Positions 1-7,307 of a stretch of 64,000 bases of DNA are shown in pieces. The translations under genes and the position numbers were made by a program. The DNA lies in IMG/VR virus record IMGVR_UViG_3300017917_002466, positions 186,001 through 250,000 of that record; one strand, 5' to 3'. The notes beneath the pieces are model-generated. The model saw only the letters and a program-made list of their open reading frames with translations, was not told the DNA's origin and did no database searches. Position 1 is the stretch's first letter. Every line of letters begins with the position of its first letter.

Positions 1-127
1 GTTTTTTAGTTTTAGCACAAAGAGTACTAACTAATGCAGAGTCAACCCCACCACTAATACCAATAACAAAACCATTGTAACTCTGTAGCCAATTAACAAT
101 TTGTTTTTCAACTTTAATGCAGTCCAT
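1..127 (-). CDS. nadE: NH3-dependent NAD+ synthetase, 5' part only (runs off the window)
   Basis: Manual translation from ATG at 127: MDCIKVEKQIVNWLQSYNGFVIGISGGVDSALVSTLCAKTKK; SGGxDS PP-loop in NadE context; directly downstream of pncA. Confidence 0.85.
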   Translation of the reverse strand, partial: MDCIKVEKQIVNWLQSYNGFVIGISGGVDSALVSTLCAKTKK

Positions 128-144
128 AACACTTTATTTTCGTA

Positions 145-675
145 TTAAAGTTTTGCTACTGCAAAGTGCGCTCCAGCAGCGCGCATTTCTTTGATTGCTA
201 CTTCGGTAGTTTCTGGAGCAACCCCAGCAATTGCATTCTCAAAGACGTAAGTCTTAATCCCAAGTTTACAAAGACCAAGAACAGCCGCCTTCACACAGTA
301 GTCAGTGGCAACTCCAGCGATCCAAGCATCAGTAATCTTATTCTTTTTCAACCAATCTACAATCTCCTTGCTTCCAAGTTCTGGATGAAAAACATCATAA
401 GTCTTTTTATTAAAAACCACTGCTTTATTAGCGGCACATTCTATTATACTAGCTTGTCCGCTGGTTTCTGTTATACAATGAGGTGGAAAAATCTTAAACT
501 CTGGATCGTTGACATCGTGACAGTCCATTGTCTTGATAAGAAGAATATTGTCTTCTTTAACCATTTCTGTAATTTTGGCAAGAACTGGCCTAATTTTATC
601 GGTATTCGGAACAGCCAGTGTTCCACCAAAAAAGAAATCATTTTGACAATCAACTAGAACAATTACCTTTTTCAT
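145..675 (-). CDS. pncA: Nicotinamidase/pyrazinamidase (isochorismatase family)
   Basis: VDCQNDF, D-x-H metal ligands, FPPHC, K, GVATDYCV (catalytic Cys) motifs. Confidence 0.92.
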   Translation of the reverse strand: MKKVIVLVDCQNDFFFGGTLAVPNTDKIRPVLAKITEMVKEDNILLIKTMDCHDVNDPEFKIFPPHCITETSGQASIIECAANKAVVFNKKTYDVFHPELGSKEIVDWLKKNKITDAWIAGVATDYCVKAAVLGLCKLGIKTYVFENAIAGVAPETTEVAIKEMRAAGAHFAVAKL

Positions 676-704
676 ACTATATACTCCTTTGTTGAGTTCA
701 CAAT

Positions 705-733
705 AATATAATATCTTGTAACAAGTTTGTCAA
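705..733 (-). promoter_or_regulatory. sigma70-type early promoter for pncA-nadE
   Basis: TTGACA-17 nt-TATATT on minus strand. Confidence 0.75.
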
Positions 734-741
734 GGACAATC

Positions 742-837
742 TATAAATACCTTTAGAAGTTGGGAGACAAGGGCCGTACACCTTTTTCTTGCCAATCCAA
801 GAATTACCTCAACTTCCTTACTTATACCTGATTGGAG
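742..837 (+). ncRNA. Late promoter box plus structured pseudoknotted 5' leader, copy A
   Basis: TATAAATA 742-749; P1 756-765/807-816; GACA; P2 770-784; P3 786-791/798-803; loop CCAATC 792-797 complementary to GATTGG 830-835, overlapping SD GGAG. Confidence 0.75.
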
Positions 838-843
838 AGCTAT

Positions 844-912
844 TGTCATAAAGATATTCATAAAAGATTTAGTAAATTTACAACAGAAGAATACTTAATT
901 CTGTTTATCTAG
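844..912 (+). pseudogene. C-terminal stub of an HNH endonuclease
   Basis: Translates CHKDIHKRFSKFTTEEYLILFI*, like the CHKAIHKQFG tail of 3404-4084; follows leader A; overlaps the stop of 895-1176 tail-to-tail. Confidence 0.6.
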
Positions 913-1176
913 TTTATTAGATTCGTCAAAATATTGTTTGATTATTTTCAAAACTTGAACCCAGAACACCTTTATTGAAAGTTCTTTGGATTCTCTCATA
1001 TTGTTATCCACGTATCTTATCCCTTTTTCAAAATCCAGAGTATCGTGCAAAAAACCTATAAGAATATAATCAAGTTTATTATTCATCTTATTTGGAACCA
1101 TAGACTGAAGTTCAGCTAATTCCTTTATCATCTTGATAACTAAATCTTTCTTAGTCTGATTTTTTCTTACGTTCAT
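895..1176 (-). CDS. Hypothetical protein
   Basis: 93 aa ORF in a translationally coupled minus-strand run. Confidence 0.65.
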   Translation of the reverse strand: MNVRKNQTKKDLVIKMIKELAELQSMVPNKMNNKLDYILIGFLHDTLDFEKGIRYVDNNMRESKELSIKVFWVQVLKIIKQYFDESNKLDKQN

Positions 1177-1284
1177 AGAATGTAGACCTTGACTGTTGTT
1201 TCACCAAAACATTCGTTAATCATCTTCTCAACGATTGACCACTCACCATTGGTCAACCCACAACCAATCTTTATACTTAATCAT
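1173..1284 (-). pseudogene. Macrodomain (Appr-1-p processing) gene reduced to N- and C-terminal stubs
   Basis: MIKYK start joined out of frame to KIGCGLTNGEWSIVEKMINECFGETTVKVYIL*, the typical macrodomain C-terminal motif (PxIGCGLxGGxW). Confidence 0.7.
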
Positions 1285-1520
1285 TAAAACAACACTCCCT
1301 CGTCCATAAGACGAATCTTTTTTTCTTTTTCACATTTTTCAATACATTCATCACATAGGGCTACTTGATAGACATTTCCATCAAAAAGACTTCCGTATGG
1401 CATTTGAAGAAGAAAAGTCACCCCACCGTTTACATTGTTGAATGATTTGTTAAGGATACTCTCAAGCTTCTTTCCGCAAATCATACAGACTGGCTTCTTA
1501 AATTTCTTCTTGTTGTTCAT
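1284..1520 (-). CDS. Hypothetical Zn-finger protein (CxxC...CxxC)
   Basis: Start moved from 1610 to 1520 (GGAGG RBS before MNNKKKF); CMIC and CDEC pairs. Confidence 0.65.
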   Translation of the reverse strand: MNNKKKFKKPVCMICGKKLESILNKSFNNVNGGVTFLLQMPYGSLFDGNVYQVALCDECIEKCEKEKKIRLMDEGVLF

Positions 1521-1552
1521 TTCTTCCTCCGTTAAATATTTATCATTAAAAA

Positions 1553-1649
1553 TATAAATACAAGTAGAAGTTAAAAGACAGCGTAGGCATACGTTTCTTT
1601 GCTCACTCAAAGATTATTTTAACTTCACTAACATAAACCTAGTGAGAGG
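1553..1649 (+). ncRNA. Late promoter box plus structured pseudoknotted 5' leader, copy C
   Basis: TATAAATA 1553-1560; P1 1567-1576/1617-1626; GACA; P2 GCGTA/TACGT; P3 1596-1601/1608-1613; loop CTCACT 1602-1607 complementary to AGTGAG 1641-1646 at SD AGAGG. Confidence 0.8.
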
Positions 1650-1656
1650 TATATCT

Positions 1657-2406
1657 ATGCGTCCTAAAATTATCAAAGATGAATTTATCCAGAAAGCTAA
1701 TTTTATTCATAATAATAAATTTAATTATGATTTAGTTGTTTTTAACAACGCAAATGATAAAATAACTATCAAATGTAATGATTGTCAAAATATATTTATT
1801 CAAAGATTAAGTTCACACATAGAAAAAAATCACCCTAAAGGATGCCCAAATTGTGCAATAAAACAACAATCCAATGTTCGTTTATATAAAGCATCAAACA
1901 AATTTCATAAAACTATTCAAATTAAACAACCAGATATTGATTTTTCAAAAGATACTTATAGTGGTTGGAATAAGCCTTATAAATGTATTTGTAAAAAATG
2001 TAATCATGTTTGGTTATCTACTCCCAATAATTTAATGAATGGTAAAGGTTGTCCAAAATGTAAATCTTCTAAAGGCGAAAAACAAATTGAACAATGGCTT
2101 AAAGAACATAGTATAAAGTTTATTCCACAAATGAAGTTTGATAAATGTAAAAATAAAAGAAAACTTCCTTTTGACTTTTATTTACCAGAACTTAATACTT
2201 GTATTGAATATGACGGTGAACAACATTTTAAACCTTTTGGTTTTGGTGAAAATCCACAAGAGAAATTTCAAAGAACTAAAATAAATGATGAAATTAAAAA
2301 TCAATTTTGCAAACAAAAAAGAATTAATTTATTAAGGATTAAATTTAATGAGAATATTAATTCTCGTCTAAATCATTATTTAAAACTTCTTTTTAAAATC
2401 TTCTAA
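1657..2406 (+). mobile_element. Free-standing putative homing endonuclease: Zn-ribbon repeats plus C-terminal PD-(D/E)XK (DUF559/Vsr-like) nuclease
   Basis: CNDC/GCPNC/GCPKC modules; SKGEKQI...LPFDFY...IEYDGEQH...LLRI; antisense insertion; ATG 1657 fits the SD. Confidence 0.85.
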
Positions 2407-2937
2407 ACTGATTGTATTCTTTTTAATTTCTTCTTCGCTCATATTCTTTATTTCTTCAACCCTCTGCTTGAGATCATCCATCTTATCCTGTATTTCTTCT
2501 TCTTCGTATCCAATGAATGTCATTTCGTATAAAATATGTGCCACGATGTCAGCTCTACTAAGTTCTATATTATTTGATGTTTCCGTATCAATTTCCATAC
2601 CCAAAAATTCGCACCATTTATTAAACTCAAGAGCCCAATTGACTTCAGAATTTAAAAACTCTTCATCGGCATTAGGAAACAGTTCAGCATCCTCAGTATC
2701 TTTGTGGAGCTTCCCATTCCTTCCGTGAACAGTCCAATATCCATTTTCATTGAATTCATCAGGCGGAACCCACTCAACACAAATTCTCATATCACTTTCT
2801 TTTGAATTCATTGTAGTAAGATTCTGAACAACACTCATATAATCTTCAAGATTATGTGGAGTGACTTCATAAAGCTTAATAAGAGATTCTTTAATTTCGC
2901 TCCAAGTTACGTCTTCCAAAAGTTCTTTGAACTTCAT
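2380..2937 (-). CDS. Hypothetical acidic protein
   Basis: 185 aa ORF with phage-like composition; 3' end overlaps the endonuclease 3' end. Confidence 0.7.
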   Translation of the reverse strand: MKFKELLEDVTWSEIKESLIKLYEVTPHNLEDYMSVVQNLTTMNSKESDMRICVEWVPPDEFNENGYWTVHGRNGKLHKDTEDAELFPNADEEFLNSEVNWALEFNKWCEFLGMEIDTETSNNIELSRADIVAHILYEMTFIGYEEEEIQDKMDDLKQRVEEIKNMSEEEIKKNTISLEDFKKKF

Positions 2938-3260
2938 TGGCTAAATCCTTCGCGAATCATATCCGCTATTTGAAATTCAGAATACCAGTGTCCATCCCAT
3001 CGTTTCTTTTCAACACCATCCACATAAACAACAGCAAAAGGCATTGCACGAATAGAAAGGACTTCTTTTATTTCGCTTGTCAACTGAAGAAGAAAATACA
3101 AACCACTCATAGGAGGATTCGCATTTTCTATTATTCCAATTGCGTTGTTAGTTGTATTGACAAACTTCTTACAAGGAGCCCGAAAGCCGTTGATAATGAC
3201 AACAACGACTTTGCCAGTTGTCGGAACCTTGCTTATACTATCAATCTCTGTAAGTGCCAT
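2934..3260 (-). CDS. Thioredoxin-fold protein with atypical RAPC motif
   Basis: VVVIINGFRAPCKKF at the WCxPC position; IRAMP cis-Pro; VDGVEKKRWDG. Confidence 0.7.
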   Translation of the reverse strand: MALTEIDSISKVPTTGKVVVVIINGFRAPCKKFVNTTNNAIGIIENANPPMSGLYFLLQLTSEIKEVLSIRAMPFAVVYVDGVEKKRWDGHWYSEFQIADMIREGFSQ

Positions 3261-3266
3261 ATAACT

Positions 3267-3294
3267 ATTATAACATTTACCACCAAAATGTCAA
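3267..3294 (-). promoter_or_regulatory. sigma70-type early promoter
   Basis: TTGACA-16 nt-TATAAT with TG upstream of the -10 box. Confidence 0.7.
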
Positions 3295-3302
3295 GATAAA
3301 TA

Positions 3303-3398
3303 TATAAATACTTTGGAAGTTAAGAGACAGGGAGTAATTAACCTTTCTTTACTTACTTAAAGATTATCTTAACTTCACCACACATTCTCAGTAAGGAG
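3303..3398 (+). ncRNA. Late promoter box plus structured pseudoknotted 5' leader, copy B
   Basis: TATAAATA 3303-3310; P1 GAAGTTAAGA/TCTTAACTTC 3316-3325/3367-3376; GACA; P3 3346-3351/3358-3363; loop CTTACT 3352-3357 complementary to AGTAAG 3390-3395 overlapping SD AAGGAG. Confidence 0.8.
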
Positions 3399-3403
3399 AA
3401 ATT

Positions 3404-4084
3404 ATGATTATTTCCAAAACAGTTCTAGTTAATATTAATTCATCAAATATTTATTACTTTGAGTCTAAAGGTTATTCTATTCCAAAACAAATTGATAAAC
3501 ATAAAAGAATCGTTGTCAAAAGAGGAAATAAAATAGAAGTCAAAGTTTCTGATTTGCCAAAAGGAAGTCATATTAAAGTTCTTTGTAAATGTGATGTTTG
3601 TAAAAAAGAGAAACTAATAATTTTCAAATCTTTAACTAATATATTTAAATATCTTTGTCATAGTTGTTCTCATAAAAAATTAATAGGAGATAAACGATTG
3701 AAGTTTTGGGAAAACAAAAATTTTTCACTAAGTCATAAAAATAAACTTTGTTCTAATAATTGGAATGCCAAACATACTGGTAAAAATAGTCCTCTTTGGA
3801 ACTTCAAATTATCTGATAAAGAAAGAGGAAAACAACATCAAATTTCTGGAATTAATCAATGGAAAAGAAAAGTTAAAGAAAGAGATAATCATACTTGTCA
3901 AAAATGTGGTTCAAAAGAATTTCTACAAGTCCACCATATAAATAACTTTAAAGATTTTGAAGAACAAAGAACTGATATTAATAACGGAATTACTTTGTGT
4001 CAAGAATGTCATAAAGCTATTCATAAACAGTTTGGTTTAAAAACTAAACTAAGTAATCTTTTAGAATTCTTAAATCATACTTAA
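3404..4084 (+). mobile_element. Free-standing HNH homing endonuclease
   Basis: C-terminal CQKCG...VHHINNF...NGITLCQECHKAIH HNH motif; antisense; overlaps the ligA stop. Confidence 0.88.
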
Positions 4085-5995
4085 AAATTCTTTTTCGTTG
4101 ATTACTTTAACTCCTATTTTAGATGCTTTTTCATTCTTAGCACTTCCAGAATCATTATCGTTAGTTACCAAATAATCAAGTCCTTTAGAAATAGTTGATT
4201 TATAAACTCCTCCGTTATCTTCAACCATTTTGATAAAATCATCTCTCTTTCCTAAAGATAAAGCACCAGTTACACAAAAAGACTTTCCATCAAGATTACT
4301 TCTTTTATTTGACTTTTTTTCCTTCTTCATAATTGTTATTCCAACCTCCATCAGTTCATTTATAACCTTCTGCTTCTTCTTCAATCCATCTATGATTGCC
4401 TCGGCTGTAACTCTTCCAATTCCCTTGATACCAGCCAAGTCTTCAACTCCCTGCGAAAGAATCTTGGTAACAGAATCCAAACCATTCTTTTCAAGAAGCT
4501 CTGCCGTCTTGTCACTGAAGTTCGGGATATTCAAACCTCCGACGAACTCCCCAAAAGACAGTTCTTTCTTTGCGTTCAAAGTATCCACAATCTTGTTTGC
4601 GGAACTAGAACCGAATCCTTCAAGCTCGCAAATCATATTCGGCTTCAATTTGTAAAGATCAGCAGGAGTCTTGACAAGACCCGCTTCATACAACTTCTCA
4701 AGTGTAGCAGAAGCAATCCCTTTCAGATCAAGCTTCTTCACCCACTTATTCAGATTGCCAATTTCTCCACCAGAGCATCCTTCATTTTCGCAAGTAAGGA
4801 AAATTCCACCAACAGAAACCTTCTCTCCACAAATAGGACAGTTCTTCGGAACGATAAGCTTATCTCCGCGTTTTGCTCCCGGATGATTACTCAAGTTCTC
4901 GCATATCTGTGGTATAACATCGTTTGCGCGCTCAACAAGAACTGTATCTCCCTTGTGGAAATTAAACTCATTGAACATTCCAAGATTGTGAACAGAAGCC
5001 CTTGATACCTTGACTCCTGCAAGTTCAACAGTCTCCATCACAAGAACTGGAGTGATTCTTCCCGAATTGCCCAACTGCCACTCAACCCCAAGAACCTTTG
5101 TCTGCTTCTTCATACTTGTAAACTTCCAAGCAATCATTCCACGATAGTTCTCACCCTTGAATCCAAGAGTCATAAGAACATCAATATCATTTGGCTCAAT
5201 CACAAGACCATCAATTTCGTGGTCAAGGCTTGCTCTCGTACTTTGTTCGTATTCATTGTAAACAAGTTTGGCTGTTTCAATATTGCCACAAAAATGCTTA
5301 CAAGTCCTCAGACCAAGCTTCTTCTCAATGAAGTCATACATTTCCTTCTTGGTCTTGAAATCTCCACTCGCAAAGTAATATTCAACATAAAGATACTCGG
5401 TATATTTTCCGTCATATCCCTTTGCGATACCAGAAGCTCCGTTCCTTACATTCTGATAAGGTCTTTCTCCGCGGATATTGCAGACCTGATTGACAGCCGA
5501 AAAATCGCCAGTCTTCATCATAATCTCACCACGAAGACTGCCGGTATAAGAATTAGGAACATTAGCTTTGACATTCTGCATCCGAAGAACATTCTGAGTA
5601 ATCACTTCACCAGTGATACCATCGCCCCTTGTGATTGCTTTTGTCAGCTTTCCATTGGTATATTCAATTTCAAGGGAGATACCATCAAGCTTCTCTGAAA
5701 CAATCATTTCCTCACCAGCAAGCCCATTATCCTTTGCCCAAGCAACGAACTCTTCAACAACGTTGACCTTGTTGCAACTGTGCATCGGAATCTTGTGCTT
5801 TGCCTTATCCCATTCAGAAGCTTCAGGAACAGGGGCACCAATCGTCTTCAAGAAGGGATCATTCGGATAAAGCCTTGTGAACTCATCTTTGAGTGCATCA
5901 AAATCCTTATCAGAAATTGTAGAAAATGACTTGTTGTAATAAGAGTCACAGGCTTCAACTAATTTTCTTTTCATTTCCTCATATTTCATAATCAA
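4070..5995 (-). CDS. ligA: NAD-dependent DNA ligase
   Basis: EKLDG adenylation motif, RGE, OB fold, C4 Zn finger, HhH repeats, C-terminal BRCT. Confidence 0.97.
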   Translation of the reverse strand: MIMKYEEMKRKLVEACDSYYNKSFSTISDKDFDALKDEFTRLYPNDPFLKTIGAPVPEASEWDKAKHKIPMHSCNKVNVVEEFVAWAKDNGLAGEEMIVSEKLDGISLEIEYTNGKLTKAITRGDGITGEVITQNVLRMQNVKANVPNSYTGSLRGEIMMKTGDFSAVNQVCNIRGERPYQNVRNGASGIAKGYDGKYTEYLYVEYYFASGDFKTKKEMYDFIEKKLGLRTCKHFCGNIETAKLVYNEYEQSTRASLDHEIDGLVIEPNDIDVLMTLGFKGENYRGMIAWKFTSMKKQTKVLGVEWQLGNSGRITPVLVMETVELAGVKVSRASVHNLGMFNEFNFHKGDTVLVERANDVIPQICENLSNHPGAKRGDKLIVPKNCPICGEKVSVGGIFLTCENEGCSGGEIGNLNKWVKKLDLKGIASATLEKLYEAGLVKTPADLYKLKPNMICELEGFGSSSANKIVDTLNAKKELSFGEFVGGLNIPNFSDKTAELLEKNGLDSVTKILSQGVEDLAGIKGIGRVTAEAIIDGLKKKQKVINELMEVGITIMKKEKKSNKRSNLDGKSFCVTGALSLGKRDDFIKMVEDNGGVYKSTISKGLDYLVTNDNDSGSAKNEKASKIGVKVINEKEFLSMI

Positions 5996-6405
5996 TCTTT
6001 TCCTTCTTCATCGTCTATATCTATTTCTTCTTCAATAAAAGTTCCAAATAAAAATTCAACATTTTCAGAATAAATAGTAAATTCTTTATTATTCATTAGT
6101 CCAAATTCTATTAATTGAAGTTCCATCTCTTTTTTGTGTTCGATTAATGATTTATTTTCATCAAGCAAAGTAATATCTTTTCCAAATAAAATAACCCCAT
6201 CAGGCCAACTAATAATATTATTCGAACTAACCCAACAAAAATTATCTTTAAGGTTATTTAATTCTTTTTCATTAAGTTTATCAATCCATTTTATAAAACA
6301 ACAATTGCAGATAACAATACCTAAAATAGAAATATCAGAAATACCTTTACAATTTCCTCTAACTTTTTCTTTAATAGTTATCATAAATTTATTTGTTCCT
6401 TTCAT
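5992..6405 (-). CDS. Hypothetical protein
   Basis: 137 aa ORF coupled to ligA. Confidence 0.6.
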   Translation of the reverse strand: MKGTNKFMITIKEKVRGNCKGISDISILGIVICNCCFIKWIDKLNEKELNNLKDNFCWVSSNNIISWPDGVILFGKDITLLDENKSLIEHKKEMELQLIEFGLMNNKEFTIYSENVEFLFGTFIEEEIDIDDEEGKD

Positions 6406-6640
6406 TAAAGTTGTGTTTTTCCACCCAATAAAATTTAGATTTAACAGTTTGATATGATTGATTTTTAAAATATTTATGAGTTATTTTTTCATTCATTTCA
6501 TTTGCTAAAAGAATTATATCTCTATATGCAAAACAAGCTACTATTCTATGATCATTATTACCAAAATAAATATCTTTTCCTTCTAGTCTTTTTTCACGAA
6601 TATTATTACAAAGCTCTTTCCATTGTTTTATAGTAATCAT
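6389..6640 (-). CDS. Hypothetical protein
   Basis: 83 aa ORF in operon. Confidence 0.55.
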   Translation of the reverse strand: MITIKQWKELCNNIREKRLEGKDIYFGNNDHRIVACFAYRDIILLANEMNEKITHKYFKNQSYQTVKSKFYWVEKHNFNERNK

Positions 6641-6642
6641 AA

Positions 6643-6948
6643 TTAGTCTTTAATTTTTTGAAAAATTTTATATATAATATCGTATGTTTCATTAAAAGTA
6701 GTATGATCTATAGGTTCACCCTTAATTTCCAAAGGTAAACCAGTAGAGAAAACTTGACTATGGAATTCATTAAACTTTTTACAGGCTTCAATAGCAAGGT
6801 CTATAACTTCAATCTTACGAAGATGATGGTCTCTAAAATACCTACGGAATTCATTTACAGAACAGTCAATAGTAACACGAACACGATTATCGGTTTGATT
6901 GACTCCTCTATCTTCCGATCTGTATGTGATAAAATTGGTTACTTTCAT
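6643..6948 (-). CDS. Hypothetical protein
   Basis: 101 aa ORF directly after a promoter. Confidence 0.6.
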   Translation of the reverse strand: MKVTNFITYRSEDRGVNQTDNRVRVTIDCSVNEFRRYFRDHHLRKIEVIDLAIEACKKFNEFHSQVFSTGLPLEIKGEPIDHTTFNETYDIIYKIFQKIKD

Positions 6949-6954
6949 ACAAAC

Positions 6955-6983
6955 AATATACTATATTGTATATATTTTGTCAA
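6955..6983 (-). promoter_or_regulatory. sigma70-type early promoter with inverted repeat
   Basis: TTGACA-17-TATATT; ACAATATA-C-TATATTGT inverted repeat 6953-6969. Confidence 0.75.
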
Positions 6984-6986
6984 GTC

Positions 6987-7208
6987 CTAAAATGCGTTAT
7001 TTTGACACAGCAATTCTTCTGTGATTTTTCGAATTCTCATTTGAGACTGCATATCAGCCATAACTCTATCACCCTTAACATTACCAAGAAATCGTTTGTA
7101 GGCTTTCTTGGCTTTGGCAAGAGTGGGTTCTTTATGAGAACCATACCATTGCCCATTACGATGATTCTCTAATTCAATCACGTAATAAGTCACCTTTTTC
7201 ATAAACAT
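6987..7208 (-). CDS. Hypothetical protein
   Basis: 73 aa ORF with AGGAG RBS. Confidence 0.6.
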   Translation of the reverse strand: MFMKKVTYYVIELENHRNGQWYGSHKEPTLAKAKKAYKRFLGNVKGDRVMADMQSQMRIRKITEELLCQNNAF

Positions 7209-7223
7209 CTCCTTTCAAATAAA

Positions 7224-7271
7224 AAATCCCTCGCAGAATATCAATATAACACTCTGCAAGGGATTTGTCAA
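7224..7271 (-). promoter_or_regulatory. sigma70-type promoter embedded in a long inverted repeat (possibly also the terminator of the upstream gene)
   Basis: TTGACA-17-TATATT; arms AAATCCCTCGCAGA / TCTGCAAGGGATTT followed by a T-run on the minus strand. Confidence 0.7.
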
Positions 7272-7307
7272 TAGTTATCTTTAAAATTTATTTAGAACTC
7301 TGCATCC

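Noticed and set aside
166-657. Plus-strand ORFs antisense to real genes (e.g. 166-657, 2937-3299, 4230-4655, 5219-5698, 7368-7775, 7408-7938, 14942-15349, 52482-52778)
   Set aside because: Shadow frames of well-supported minus-strand genes; no RBS or recognisable motifs
756-816. Assigning leaders A-C to hammerhead, pistol, twister or HDV ribozymes, or to known riboswitches
   Set aside because: Their conserved cores (e.g. CUGAnGA/GAAA of hammerhead) are absent; left unassigned pending an Rfam search
1521-1610. N-terminal 30 aa of ORF 1284-1610
   Set aside because: Overlaps leader C on the other strand; a strong GGAGG RBS supports the start at 1520
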